From: the human T2T-CHM13v2.0 reference genome, Homo sapiens
Length of the DNA stretch: 64,000 bases
Strand: one strand, 5' to 3'
Assembly: GCF_009914755.1 (NCBI RefSeq)
Contig: NC_060939.1
In this document: piece by piece, positions 43,677 to 64,000 of the stretch
Numbering within the stretch: position 1 is the stretch's first letter
Layout: every line of letters begins with the position of its first letter
Notes under the pieces: generated by a model
Database searches by the model: none
What the model was told of the DNA's origin: nothing
The model's input: the letters and a program-made list of their open reading frames with translations, nothing else
Program-made: the position numbers and the translations under genes

Positions 43677-44379
43677 TTATAATTCAGTACATTATACCAG
43701 ACTATAAGCAAATGAAACAATTAAGAACAGTACTCTAAGCTCTTTTTTCCAAAAAGTTATGTTTGGGGTAATAAAAATGTTTTGGAACTAGACAGAGATG
43801 ATGGTTGCACAGCATTGTGAATGTACTAAATGCCACTGCATTGTTTGTTTATTTTTATTTTTCATTTTTTTGTAGACAGTCTCGCTCTGTTGCTGAGGCT
43901 GGAGTGCAGCGGCATGATCACAGCTCACTGCAGCCTTGACCACTTAGGCTCAAGCTTTCCTCCCACCTCAGCCTCCTGAGTAGCTAGAACTAGACACCAC
44001 TAAACCCAGCAAATTATTATTTTGGTAGCAATGAGGTCTCACTATATTGCCCACGCTGGTCTTGAACTGCTGGCCTAAAGCCCCCTGGCCTTGGCCTCTC
44101 AAAGTGCTGGGATTACAGGCATGGGCCTGAATTGTTTATTTTTAAATGGTTAACTTAACGTTTTATGAATTTCACTTCAATAAAAAAAGTCTACAGTTAA
44201 AAAAAATCCAAGTTATGAGTCTTTACAATACTCTGGAATAATAATGGAATGATCTATTTAGGTAATGCAAAAACAGCAAAAGAGATTTTTTGGCAAAGCC
44301 AGAGGAAAACTCAAAAGCACCTGCATTCTTGAACCTTTGGTTAGACAAAGAAGTCTAATGGATTGACAAAGCATTTCTT

Positions 44380-44987
44380 TTCGTTGTTTTTTTTTCATAA
44401 CTTGTTTCTGTTGATTTCTCTTTTTCTTTTTGTAAAACTTTCCCAAGACATTTTCAGATTTAAAAATAAATAAAGTCAGTGTTAAAGGTGTTGGTCAGCC
44501 TTCTTACTTGTACCCTTCTACCTCTGACACTGGGGTAAAGGAGGAAGTCCAGGGCAATGCAGTGATATTTCTGCCAGGATACTCCCCCTCCCCTAAACTC
44601 AGTAGTTAGTTGAGAGTATGACATTTACAGAGAGAGGCTAGAGAGACCCAAATACCTCTATTCCACCCCAGTGGTAGGTGGAAGTTGGGTCAGCTGCTGC
44701 CCCGAGCCAGCTTTATCTTCTGAGTGTGGGCTTTGGAGGAACAGGAGAACTGGCTCTTGGCCACTGTGAGGGGTACAGCTTTGCCACTCAAATATACCTT
44801 ATTATGGCATTCAGGGAGCCAGGGTCCAGAGCTGCAGGGCTGGGGTCCCTGTCTCACTCCCACATAGGCCATCACATGACCTGCCATAAAGGCATTAAAA
44901 CCAGCCCGGTGCAATCCATCCCCAGGCACTGAATTAGGACTGGCTTGACTCCCTGGCACTTCTGAGGTAGCCATATCAGCTATTTCA
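44380..44987 (-). pseudogene. Probable 5'-truncated retroposed mRNA fragment (3' UTR-like), parent unknown
   Basis: GC-richer unique block with decayed poly(A) (T-run 44378-44395) and 14-bp TSD acaaagcatttctt/acaaggcatttctt. Confidence 0.6.
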
Positions 44988-45859
44988 ACAAGGCATTTCT
45001 TCTAGAAATGCAACAAACTACTTTAAAACTCACAAAAGAAAATGTTTAATACAATTGTTCTTCATTTGCCAAAAAATAACCCAGGTAAGTGTTTACCATA
45101 GCAAATGTCAACATGCCCCATTTGTTTTGTTTTTGTTTTTTTCCTGTTCTGCTCTGTCGCCCAGGCTACAGTGCAGCGGCACCATCACAGCTCACTGCAG
45201 CCTTTACCTCCCCAGACTCAGGTGATCCTCCCACCTCAGCCTCCCAAGTAGCTGGGACTACAGGCTCATGCCACCACACTTGGTTAATTTTTTTTTGTCT
45301 TTTTTGTAGAGATGGGGTTTTGCCATGTTGCCTAGGCTAGTCTCAACTCCTGGACTCAAACAATCTGCCTGCCTCAGCCTCCCAAAGTGTTGGGATTACA
45401 GGCGTGGGCCACCTCACCCAGCACCCATTTGTTTTTATGAGCTTCTGTCTTGATGAGGCTCTCTCAGCGGCCTAAGGAACAGCTTAAAAAGTGAAAATCA
45501 TTTCTCTTTTCCTCACTGCTTATATCTATTGCTGTGGGGAGTGACAGCTGATGACAGGCCTAGGTGGTGAGGCTGTATTAGTGTCTTTCCTAGGGTTCCA
45601 CGTAAGTTTAAAAAAATATTTTAAACTCGAAGAGCACAAAAAAATTAAAAAATCAATTTAGTACTTTAAATACTATAGACAGAAATTAAAATAAAATTTA
45701 ATTTTTTTAAAACATAAAATTATATGTTAACATATAGATAACAAATACTAACTGTTTTACATTACAGCTCTTAAGAAAGCAAAGAGGAGGGAGAAGGAAA
45801 TGAAGTAGATATGAAGGTAAAGGAGGATGACTTGGAGCAAGAAAGACTAAGAGGGCTAT

Positions 45860-46900
<1,041 letters not shown>

Positions 46901-47586
46901 ATTTTTTTTTTTTTTTTTTGAGACAGAGTCTCCTGCTGTTGCCCACACTGGAGTGCAGTGGCGCGATCTCGGCTCACTGCAAGCTCTGCCTCCCGGGTTC
47001 ACGCCACTCTCCTGCCTCAGACTCCTGAGTAGCTGGGACTACAGGCGCCCACCACCACGCCCGGCTAATTTTTTTTTGTATTTTTAGTAGAGAGGGGGTT
47101 TCACTGTGTTAGCCAGGATGGTCTCAATCTCATGACCTTATGATCCGCCTGCCTCGGCCTCCCAAAGTGCTGGGATTACAGGCGTGAGCCACCGTGCCGG
47201 GCCTTTTTCCACAATTATTAAAAAGGACCATGCCAAATCTGTTAAGTTACAAATGGCAGTTAAGCATACAACATAACTTATCATAAAGTGCTTCCTATTC
47301 TAAAACAAACTATATTATTAAAGTTGAGAACTGTAACTCGGTTTTAGGAAAACCCAGGAAAAGTGTTCTATGTACCCATTTACTTTTCCTAGGCTTATGC
47401 ATCCATTCCGTATTATATTTTCCAGAAGGAAAACCACCACTTAAGGAAAACCACTTTTTAAAGAAAAATTAACTTCAGCTGATATAACATTTAATTTTAC
47501 TTTGGGCAACATAATTATATCAATCCAAAGACCTATAACTATAAATTAACTCCAGTGTAGATGCAGATAGTATAAGAAACATCTAG

Positions 47587-47763
<177 letters not shown>

Positions 47764-48251
47764 TAAGACTACAGGTGCACACCACCACGCCCGGATCATT
47801 TTTGTATTTTTAGTAGAGATGGTGTTTCACCATGTTGGCCAGGCTGGTCTCAAACTCCTGACCTCAGGTGATCCGCCTGCCTTGGCCTCCCAAAGTGCTG
47901 GGATTATAGGTGTGAGCCACTGCACCCAGCCAAAAATAGTTTTTTTTAAATGGGCTCACTTTAAACAAATTAAAAATTGCAGTCAAGGCAAAAGTAAAAA
48001 GTAAAAATCAGTAATCCTGTTATTTAAGAGATTATTCACTATTAATACTTTATAATACGTGTCAATCCATTAAGAACATTGTCCTGTGTTTTTTACACAT
48101 ACATGTATTTATGTTTTAGTTTAACTTACATATTAAGTTTAACAAAGCAAGTATTGATGCTTATAAAGCATGCAAAAGATACATTCCCCTGTCCCTCCCA
48201 CCTTCTGCTTCCAACATTTTTTCTTTTTTTAAAATAAAATGGATTTCTTAC

Positions 48252-48411
48252 TTGGAGCAGGCAGCCCACCACTGGATCGTTTATATTTGCTTTCCTTTAA
48301 AATAGATGTAATTTTGTATAAATGACGGAAACCTGTTTTGCATTCAGAGGCAAAAATAAACTCAATTTCCTCTTCGTGACTTTGGGGAAAAACATGAAAG
48401 ATGTCATGGAT
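48252..48411 (-). CDS. DPP8: DPP8 coding exon: IHDIFHVFPQSHEEEIEFIFASECKTGFRHLYKITSILKESKYKRSSGGLPAP
   Basis: Acceptor ttttacag|ATC, donor CCAA|gtaaga; 160 nt, phase 0-1. Confidence 0.97.
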
Positions 48412-48934
48412 CTGTAAAATGAATAGCTAAATTTACTATACATATTATGAAAATACTACATAATTCAATTAGGCTACAGGAAAAATTTCTTGATAAATAT
48501 ACTTTGAAATATAAATAACCATCAATGCCAAAGGAATGCTATATTTACAGTAATAAATTTTGCTTGGGGCTTTCAGATTTATTTTACTTTAGTCAAAGAC
48601 TTTTTCCACTGAGAAGTAAATGTTTTCAAATGGAGTAAAAAAGAAAAATATGACCAAAAGTTTTTTCTTACTCAACATCTCTATAATCCTTGAAACATGG
48701 CACAAGGTTTGTTTAATAATATAAATCTTGTTACAGAAAGATGAGGTAATTTTTTTTATTTTTGTTTTCCAAAAAGAATTTTTCTAATAGTTCAGGGGAA
48801 AACAGGTGTTCATAGGTGAATCATATGAAGCTTATATTCAGCTAGGAAGTGAGATGGCTTTATTTATTTTGTATCTTATTTAAATTTGTCTGCTAAATTG
48901 GAAAATTCAAAATTCAATTAAGAATTGGTATATT

Positions 48935-49247
<313 letters not shown>

Positions 49248-49593
49248 GAATTGGTATATTTTGGTACAGTTTACCAACATAAAAGAGAAAGTCTTTTCTA
49301 GACCAGACTCATGAAGTCCTCTCAGGAGCACTGATGAGGCTGTATATTTAATATCTATTATCTCCAGGAACAAATCTGAAGCCAAGGAGATGTCATTTCA
49401 ATGGCATCTACTTTCTATCAATACAAACCATTCCATTCTGGAACCATCACTCCAATTGGAAATGCTCATACTAAAGAAATAACATGGTCCCTTTAAACTT
49501 AAAAAAAAATGCATTTTGATAGTTTGCTATATAACTTCATTTGCTTTAGCATTCTGAGAAAATATTTAAACAAATACAGGAAAAAATGCATAC

Positions 49594-49771
49594 ATTTATC
49601 CAGATGTCTGTTGTTTCTTCATAGATAATTAGTGGCGTCACAGAATCAGGCACTGACTCAATGAGTCTCTGCCTTTCCATAACATCATCTTCTACTGGGA
49701 TAAATAATTCAGGTGAGATCAACACTATCTGTAGGCGAGTCTGGGAGCGATCTAGTAGGATGGACCAAGCA
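49594..49771 (-). CDS. DPP8: DPP8 coding exon: AWSILLDRSQTRLQIVLISPELF...EETTDIWIN
   Basis: Within ORF 49546..49851; acceptor aaatag|T, donor AAT|gtatgc; 178 nt, phase 2-0. Confidence 0.97.
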
Positions 49772-50886
49772 CTATTTAAATAAATAAAAGAGAAGAACCA
49801 GAAATAAAGCAAGCTATCAGAAAAAGATTTCCCTATTATCTCCTTTGGCACCTATCAATTATATCTGTAATCACCATGAAAGAACTGCTTTAGTGTATAT
49901 TAAATTATCACTTACAAATAGTTAATTAAAAATACACTTTAAGCTTGAACAGAATTTATAAAAAGTGGCTTTCTTGAAATTTCCAAAACCATAGTTGGCC
50001 TGTGAAAGTGTTTTATCCCGGTAGGCTGGCATGATGGCTCATGCCTATAATCCCAGCACTTTGGGAGGTCAAGGTGAGAGGGCTGCTTGAGGCCAGGATT
50101 TCGAGCTTACAGTAAGCTACGATCATGCCACTGCACTACAGTCTGGGTGACACAGAGAGAGACCCTGTCTATATAAACAAAAGTTCTGCCAAGTGCAGTG
50201 GTTCACACCTGTAATCTCAGCACGTTGGGAGGCCGAGACAAGAGGATCATTTGAGCCCAGGAGTTTGAGACCAACCTGACAACACAGTGAGACCTTGTCT
50301 CTACAAAAAATAAAAAAAATTAGCTGGACATGGTGGCATGTCCCCGTAGTCCCAGCTACTCAGGAGGATAGCTTTAGCCAGGGAGGTTGAGGCTGCAGTG
50401 AGCCATGATTGCACCACTGCACTCCAGCCTAGGTGACAAAGCGAGACCATGACTCAAAAAAAAAAAAGTTTTCTCCCTTTAGTATCAATGTCAACAAATG
50501 CCAGTCTTGTGAAACTCCTGTTGTCTACATTAGACACAGAAACTATTTATTTGTAATCATCCTCATATAAAGCTCTATAATTATACAATTTAAAAAATAC
50601 ACATTTATGTCTGAGCCTTAAAGCCATATGATTTAATCACAAATAACACTGTGAACCATAACTGGCTGAGTATAAAGACAGAATTCAACTGCAGTGCACC
50701 TATGCCTATAGGATTACAAATGCACAAATCCACTTAATTCAAGAAAAATGCCTTGTGTAGTAATAACTGTACTGCAAATTTACATGTGAAGGCAGCTCCA
50801 ACTACAAGGCAAACCTAATAGCACAAATATTCCAAAGCTCTGGATCCTAAATTAGTTATAAAGAAGTAACAATTTAACATACGCAC

Positions 50887-50987
<101 letters not shown>

Positions 50988-51705
50988 CTATTAAAAAAGA
51001 AAAAAAAAGAATCTAGTTATAGAAGATTTAGATAAATAATTAGCTTGCTAGTCTACTTTAACAATTTATCCAAAAAGCAGAAAATTTTTCCAGAGTTAGG
51101 TATTAAAAAGGAACAAAGGATATAGCAAATCTAGAAGTAAATTCTGGGTTACCTATACTGGTACTTAATTTCTGTGCCTAAAAAAGTTATAAGCACTTTT
51201 AACACAGCCTAAAAATCTATTTCTTTGAGTTGATACTAACAGAACACTTGATAATAACTAGTAAAATCAAGTTTTAATCACCTTAGACTCCAGTATCCAG
51301 AAAAATAATAGTCCCTAGTTCCCCATATTTCACCTAGAAATATATATATATATATACACACACTAATTATATTTTATTTATACATATATATGTGTGTGTG
51401 TGTGTATATATATATATTTTTTGAGACAAGGTCTCATTCTGTTGTCCCAGCTGGAATGCAGTGGCTTGATCACAGCTTACTGCCTTCACAATTTCTCAGG
51501 CTCAAGTGATCCTCCTGCCTCAGCCTCCTGAGTAGCTGAGACTACAGGTAAGGTGTGTGCTTGTAATGAAATTAAATAAAATATTAATTTTTAAATTTTT
51601 TGTAGAGATGGAGTCTCCCTATGTTGCCCAGTCTAGTCTCAAACTCCTGGGCTCAAGTGATCCTTGAGACACTGGAGAGTCTTCACTCTGTCACCCAGGC
51701 TGTAG

Positions 51706-51885
<180 letters not shown>

Positions 51886-52029
51886 TGAAGTGATCTGCCT
51901 GTCTGCCAAATAGTTGGGATTACAGGTGTAAGCCACCGTGCTTGGCCCATTTGTGTAATATACTAAAGAAATAGTCCTGGATAAGCAAAGTTTTTTCTTT
52001 TAAAAGTCTAGTAAACACAATTTAAAAAA

Positions 52030-53925
<1,896 letters not shown>

Positions 53926-53940
53926 AAAAGTCTAGAAGAG

Positions 53941-54050
53941 GAAGACTGACTCGGGAGCCTCTCTCTCTCTGCAGGAGAGAAAGCTATTCTCTTTTCTCTT
54001 TCTTTCGCCTGTTAAACCTTGGCTCTTAACTCAAAAAAAAAAAAAAAAAA
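53941..54050 (+). mobile_element. Poly(A)-tailed ERV1-LTR-like fragment inserted by L1 machinery
   Basis: A18 tail, perfect 17-bp TSD aaaaaagtctagaagag, TTTT/AAAA endonuclease site. Confidence 0.7.
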
Positions 54051-54475
54051 GTCTAGAAGAGCAAGACTTTTTTACCTAGTCTTGTGTGCATGCAGCTTAT
54101 AAGCACTTGGCTGTCGAAATGGAAAGCAGAAGTACAAATTAACTGTGGGATATTTAATGCACCACAGATATCTACCCAACACAGAAGGTAACCAGTCAAT
54201 AACTACCTTTTTTTCTTTTAACATTAATCTGGAGAATAAAGGCGAACAGAAAAACTATTGGAAAGGAGTGGTTAATATGCATATCCCCATATTCCCATCT
54301 TATGAACCAGCAGGATGATTTGCAAGTAAAAAATTAGGTCAATCTAAAATCATGATCCACCGATATCTCAGCAAGTTCAGCAAGTCCAAAAATAAAAAAG
54401 TGTATCAAAGAACCCTACTGGGCTGAATAGATTAGTCAAATGACGCAGAAGGTCAACTCAGCATTTTATACTTAC

Positions 54476-54537
54476 CCTTCCTTCAGCATCAATCATTATT
54501 TCTGACATCTTAAAAGTGACTTTAGGATTTGCTGTAC
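54476..54537 (-). CDS. DPP8: DPP8 coding exon: GTANPKVTFKMSEIMIDAEGR
   Basis: Acceptor ttctaaag|GT, donor AGG|gtaagt; 62 nt, phase 1-0. Confidence 0.96.
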
Positions 54538-54625
54538 CTTTAGAAAGAGACATAAATGATAGTAATGTTTATCCAAAATTACTCAAATTAATTTTGCCAG
54601 ATCAATCCTCTTTACACTTTAGTTA

Positions 54626-54919
<294 letters not shown>

Positions 54920-55148
54920 TCAAAAAAAAAAAAAAAAAAAAGAAAAGAAAGAAAGAGACATAAATGAATAGTAATGCTTACCCAAAATTACTCAAATTAA
55001 TTTTGCCAGATCAATTCTCTTTACACTTTAGTTAAGTCAAGAGTAACGTATATGCCAGGCATGCTGTCTCACGCCTGTAATCCCAGCACTTTGAGAGGCC
55101 AAGGCAGGCAGATCACTTGAGCTCAGGAATTCAAGACCAGCTTGGTCA

Positions 55149-55818
<670 letters not shown>

Positions 55819-55954
55819 CTACTCAGGAGGCTGAGGTGGGAAAATGGCCTGAGCCCAGGAGGTGGAGGTATAGTGAGCCAAGATCACACCACTGCATTCC
55901 AGCCTGAATGACACAGCAAGACACTGTCTTAAAAAAGTAAAATAAAAATGAGGT

Positions 55955-56371
55955 GCTTGCCCATCAACCAACAAGTGGATTAAAAAAATGTAGTATATAT
56001 ACAACATGGAATACTATTCAACCATAAAAAGGAACAAAATAATGGCATTCACAGCAACCTAGATGGAGCTGGAGACCATTATTCTAAGTGAAGTAACTCA
56101 AGAATGGAAAACCAAGTATCATGTTCTCACTGATAAGTGGGAGCTAAGCTATGAGGACACAAAGGCATAAGAATGATATAATGGACTTTGGGGACTCCAG
56201 AGGAAGGGTGGTGGGTGTGAGGAATAAAAGACTACACATTGGGTACAGTGTACACTGCTCGGGTGACGGGTGCACCAAAATCTCAGAAATCACCACTAGA
56301 GAACTTATCCATGTAACCGAAAACCACCTGTTCCTCAAAAACTACTGAAATAAAATTTAAAATAAAAAAAA
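55955..56371 (+). mobile_element. L1PB-like 3' end
   Basis: gaatgatataatggactttgggga...aagactacacattgggtacagtgtacactgctcgggtgacgggtgcaccaaaatctcagaaatcaccac. Confidence 0.8.
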
Positions 56372-56539
56372 GGGGGGCTGAAAAGAGCAAGAATGAAATA
56401 AAGTGAAAAGTGAAATTATGTATTATTTTTACAATTGAAATGCTGTAAGAAGCAAAATGGAAAAAAATCACTTATTATGAAAAATATCACTTAAAAATCT
56501 GTATTTGCTAGCAAAGACACCTTCTTTTTTTTTTTCTGA

Positions 56540-56832
<293 letters not shown>

Positions 56833-56998
56833 TAATTCATTCCTTGAGGAAACCAATTGTGTAGACATCCCTACCTTTGAAAAGAATCAAAAAGATCACC
56901 CTTTAATTCAAAATCTATTTTTGTGGTACTTAGTGAACAACCCGTCGTAAATAAGGCTGGAAATGACCAATGTTGTTGGCTACACCTTTGGATGACTA

Positions 56999-57190
<192 letters not shown>

Positions 57191-57761
57191 TTAAAAGAAA
57201 TTTAAATATTGAAAATTTAGAAGAATTATTCCAGAGAGTAGTCATAACCAACCGTTCCTTCTAGTATCAGATTTCTTATAGTGAAGAATAACTTATGTAT
57301 AAAATATGCTGCCTTTTTTGTAGGAAAATATCACTAGTCTTTGCAGTAGCAAGGTGAGTTATTGTTAAGCCACTTCTTTTGGAGGGAAAACAACTGGAGA
57401 TGATATGTATACATATTTTTAAAACAGGGAAAAACATTTTTGTAGGACTTTGTTCTTGCATACCATAAAATGCATTCTTTGTTGAAAAATGAAATATTTA
57501 ATTACATGTATAATATTTCCTATTAAAAAAATAAATACTACTTAAATACAGTTCAGTTGTTTTGAATAGTTTCTGTATTTATGTAAAAATCATCTTCTAA
57601 CAAATACAACAAAACATTTCACATCTTAAAATAAAATGTCCAAATCCAAGACATGGCTTAAAAGTATTTTTCAGGGTCTCTTAGAGAAGCGTTCAGACTG
57701 CTAGCTCCAAACCATGAGTAGGTCATGAAATCTGTTAACGGGTCATAATCAGTATTTTTTA

Positions 57762-58031
<270 letters not shown>

Positions 58032-58312
58032 TCAGGGAGCATTACACATAAGAATAAGTATTGCTTCTTGAAATTCGTTTTCAGTTTTATCTATACAGTA
58101 TATGTATTAGGCCACAATATAAGTACACTTCTAACTGGATCATGGTCAAAAAGTTTGAAGGCCATGCTTTAGTGAGCTTCTTCTCAGAGAGTGAGATACT
58201 TGTGAATTTGCCACAAGAAGGGGAGGAATTTTTTCCCTTTTATCCTATCCATTCATATACTGATTTGGTCATCTGTTTAACAGACTCTCTAGTCAATCAC
58301 ACATTTTTATAG

Positions 58313-58566
<254 letters not shown>

Positions 58567-58732
58567 TGATCCGCCCGCCTTGGCCTCCCAAAGTGCTGAG
58601 ATTACATGCGTGAGTCACTGCGCCCAGCCAAGGTGTGGTATTTTTTATTTTGCCACCAATGCTGCCAGCATTACCAAGACCAGCCTCTAGGAGAAAAACT
58701 GGCAAAGAGAATTGAGGGGCCAGAGGCATTAA

Positions 58733-58912
<180 letters not shown>

Positions 58913-59110
58913 TGAGTAGCTGGGACTACAGGCGTCCCCCACCATGCCCAGCTAATTTTTTTTTTTTTTTTTGAGTAGAGGCAGGGTTTCACGGTGTTAG
59001 CCAGGATGGTCTCGATCTCCTGACCTCGTGATCCACCTGCCTCAGCCTTCCAAAGTGCTGGGATTACAGGCGTAAGCCACCACGCCCGGCCATAATCTAC
59101 ATATTTTTGA

Positions 59111-59501
<391 letters not shown>

Positions 59502-59528
59502 TGACAGTTGAATCTTAACAATACTTTA

Positions 59529-59741
<213 letters not shown>

Positions 59742-59769
59742 TCAGTTTATTTGGAAAGGTGGCTGGAAT

Positions 59770-59990
59770 ACAGTGGTAAACTCTGGAGCTGAACGGACTG
59801 AGTTCAAATCTGGGGTCCATAATGTCTGACTTTGGGCAAATCATCCAATCTCATTCCACTGCAGTATCCCATTTGTAAATGAGAAAAGGCTACCTTGTGA
59901 GGTTGATATGAAGATTAAATTAATTAATTCACATAAAGCACTTAGAACAAAGCCTGGACCACAGTACATGCTCCAAATAAATGTTATTAT
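59770..59990 (+). mobile_element. MIR
   Basis: ctgagttcaaatc...gactttgggcaaatca...ataaagcacttagaacaaagcctggaccacagtacatgctc. Confidence 0.7.
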
Positions 59991-60779
59991 TTTCCCAATT
60001 AGCAGGATCATGGAAAAAAGATTACAAGAAAAGGAGCACAGTATAGGGGACATATAACTCTCTTACACAGAGAAGTATATTTTAGACCTAGAGTGAATCT
60101 TATAGGTCATATAATTCGACCATTCTTCTTTCATCTCATTCAGTTGGAGCAGCTCAGCTTTCATCTGTTTTACACTTAGGTTTCCAGCAAATAGTTTGAA
60201 GGGGACTCGTTTTAAAAGAAAACCACAAAGCCATAATTATGTAAGATTTTGAGGCCAGGCGTGGTGGCTCATGCCTGTAATCCCAGCACTTTGGGAGGCC
60301 GAGGAGGACAGATCACAAGGTCAGGAGTTTGAAACCAGCCTGGCCAATATGGTGAAACTCTGTCTCTACTAAAAATACAAAAATTAGCCAGGCATGGTGC
60401 CAGGAGCCTGTACTCTCAGCTACTCGGGAGTCTGAGGCAGGAGAATAGCTTGAACCCGGGAGGTGGAGGTTGCAGTGAGCCAAGATCACAACACCACTCC
60501 CCTCCAGCCTGGGTGACAGAACAAGACTCCGTCTCAAAAAAAAAAAAAAAAAAAAAAGATTTTGTGTCATGAGGAAATGTTTACAATATACTTGAATAAA
60601 ATAAATCAGATTATTGAATAGCATTTATACTGTGATTCCATTTATAAAAATGCATTTTTAAAAAGTGCTGATATAAACTGAAATATGGTTATCTCCAAGC
60701 AGTGAGATTTTGAGTAGGATTTAAAAATTGCTTTATAATTTACAAATTCTTAAATGTACTGTTTATTTTTGAAAAATAC

Positions 60780-62340
<1,561 letters not shown>

Positions 62341-63319
62341 TGTACAGTGCAAACCAATGATTTTTTTATCCAAAAAGTTTGAATCCAAAAAGAAATATTT
62401 GGAATTCAGAATTTGGGAGAGCTCTTTTCTTTCTTTTCTTTCCTTTTCTGTTTTCTCTCTTTCTCTCTTTTTTTTTAGACGGAGTTTTGCTCTTGTTGCC
62501 CAGGCTGGGGTGCAATAGCTCCATCTCAGCTCACCGCAACCTCCACTTCCTGGGTTCAAGCGATTCTCCTGCCTAAGCCTCCTGAGTAGCTGGGATTACA
62601 GGCGTGTGCCACCACCCCGGCTAATTTTGTATTTTTAGTAGAGACAGGGTTTCTCCATGTTGGTCAGGCTGGTCTTGAACTCCCGACCTCAGGTGATCTG
62701 CCCGCCTCGGCCTCCCAAAGTGCTGGGATTACAGGGGTGAGCCACCGTGCCCGGCCAAGATTTTTCATATATTGTACATCTACCATAATACATTATGTAA
62801 TATCTCCAGCAGGGTAACCAAATACCTTGCAATCATATACACCAATATTCCTGCAGTAAACTTATGAATAGGCACACTACACAGATAAGCATATTAAGTT
62901 TATCAATATCCTCAGGTCACTTCAGGTCAGGTGTTACTGCCAAATGAATTTTAGTAACAACCTAATGAAAACTAAGCTCAGTTTTCAAAGTGTTTTGAAT
63001 TCTGGAATTAATTACAGAGCCAAGACTATGAAGATAAGTAACCCCCATTTGTATCTTCCTACTGTTTATTATAGACTTCCATTATTATTTATTAAATGAA
63101 TAAATAGTATCATCTCATTGTCTCAGTAAGTCATTTGAGAGCAGAAGCTAGGATTTTATTACTTTTAAATTCCTCTATCACCAGGCAAAGAATAAACACA
63201 TGTACATACTGATAGACCAAATCCATCTCAAGTGGACTTTCACTTAGAAACCTATTGTGAGTAAGTGGAATAAGCTGATGACATTAACTCCCTACCTACT
63301 TTCTATCTAAGCACATACT

Positions 63320-63520
63320 TACACAACACTTACTATGTTTCAGGCACTATCCTGAATACTTCATAGATATTAACTCATTAAAGCCTCCTAACAACCCTAT
63401 GTTGATGTGCTATTAATTAATATCTGTTTTTACAGATGTGGAAACTAAGAGATGGTTAAATAACCTGCTCAAGGCCACACAGTTAATAAATGGTAGACTT
63501 GAAATTCAAACCGGTTCTAT
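63320..63520 (-). mobile_element. MIR
   Basis: ttttacagatgtggaaactaagagatggttaaataacctgctcaaggccacacag. Confidence 0.75.
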
Positions 63521-64000
63521 ATCCTTTTTTTTTTTTTTTTTTTTTAGAGACAGGGTCTCTCTCTTTCATCTGCCACCAAGGCGGGAGTGCAGTGGTGCAA
63601 TTATAGCTCACTCCAAGTCTGGAGTGCAGTGGTGCAAATACAGTCACTCCAAGGCTGGAGTGCAGTGGTGCAACAGAGCCTGACTATCCATGCTCAAGTG
63701 ATCCTCCCACCTCGGCTCCCAGAGTAACTGAGAAACGGGTGCATGACACCATGTCTGGGTAATTTTTATTATTTTTTATTTTTTTGTAGAGACAGGGTCT
63801 CCCTACATTGCCCAGGCTGGTCTTGAACTCCTGGGCTCAAGAGCTCTTCCCACCTTGGCCTCCCAAAGTGCTGGGAGACCTCATCTCTACAAAAAAAATT
63901 AAAAATTAGGTAGGCGTGGTGGCACACACCTGTTGTCTCAGCTATTCAGGGGTGCTGAGGTGGGAGGATTGCTGCAGCCCCGTGAAGACTGCAGTGAGCC

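Overview
Human genomic DNA; a human-specific AluYb8 is present. The window holds the 3' three-quarters of the DPP8 (dipeptidyl peptidase 8, S9B family) coding sequence on the minus strand. There are 15 coding exons between 59674 and 16262, all with GT-AG boundaries and consistent phases. They total 1934 nt and encode about 644 aa from ELANMEED to AALKVI*, including the substrate-binding EE motif and the catalytic Ser (GWSYGG), Asp (DENVH) and His (ERHS). A ~4.4 kb 3' UTR follows, ending near 11845. Positions 1-11.8 kb are intergenic; from recalled gene order this is the side towards IGDCC4, which is not visible here. Roughly 90 Alu copies (counted by eye, ~40% of the window) plus L1, L2, MIR, MaLR and hAT fossils fill the rest, and nearly all ORFs in the supplied track are repeat-derived noise. 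The most interesting unexplained structure is a possible splicing-based activity switch around the catalytic exons. It consists of an inverted-Alu clamp around the in-frame-skippable Ser exon, a candidate poison exon just upstream, and an alternative donor that would remove the catalytic His. Several unusual insertion scars are also visible: a ~100-bp target-site duplication at a splice acceptor, a templated Alu+flank copy, an orphan retroposed mRNA-like fragment, and a poly(A)-tailed LTR fragment. All functional claims are hypotheses. Repeat subfamily names are from memory of consensus sequences, not from a search.
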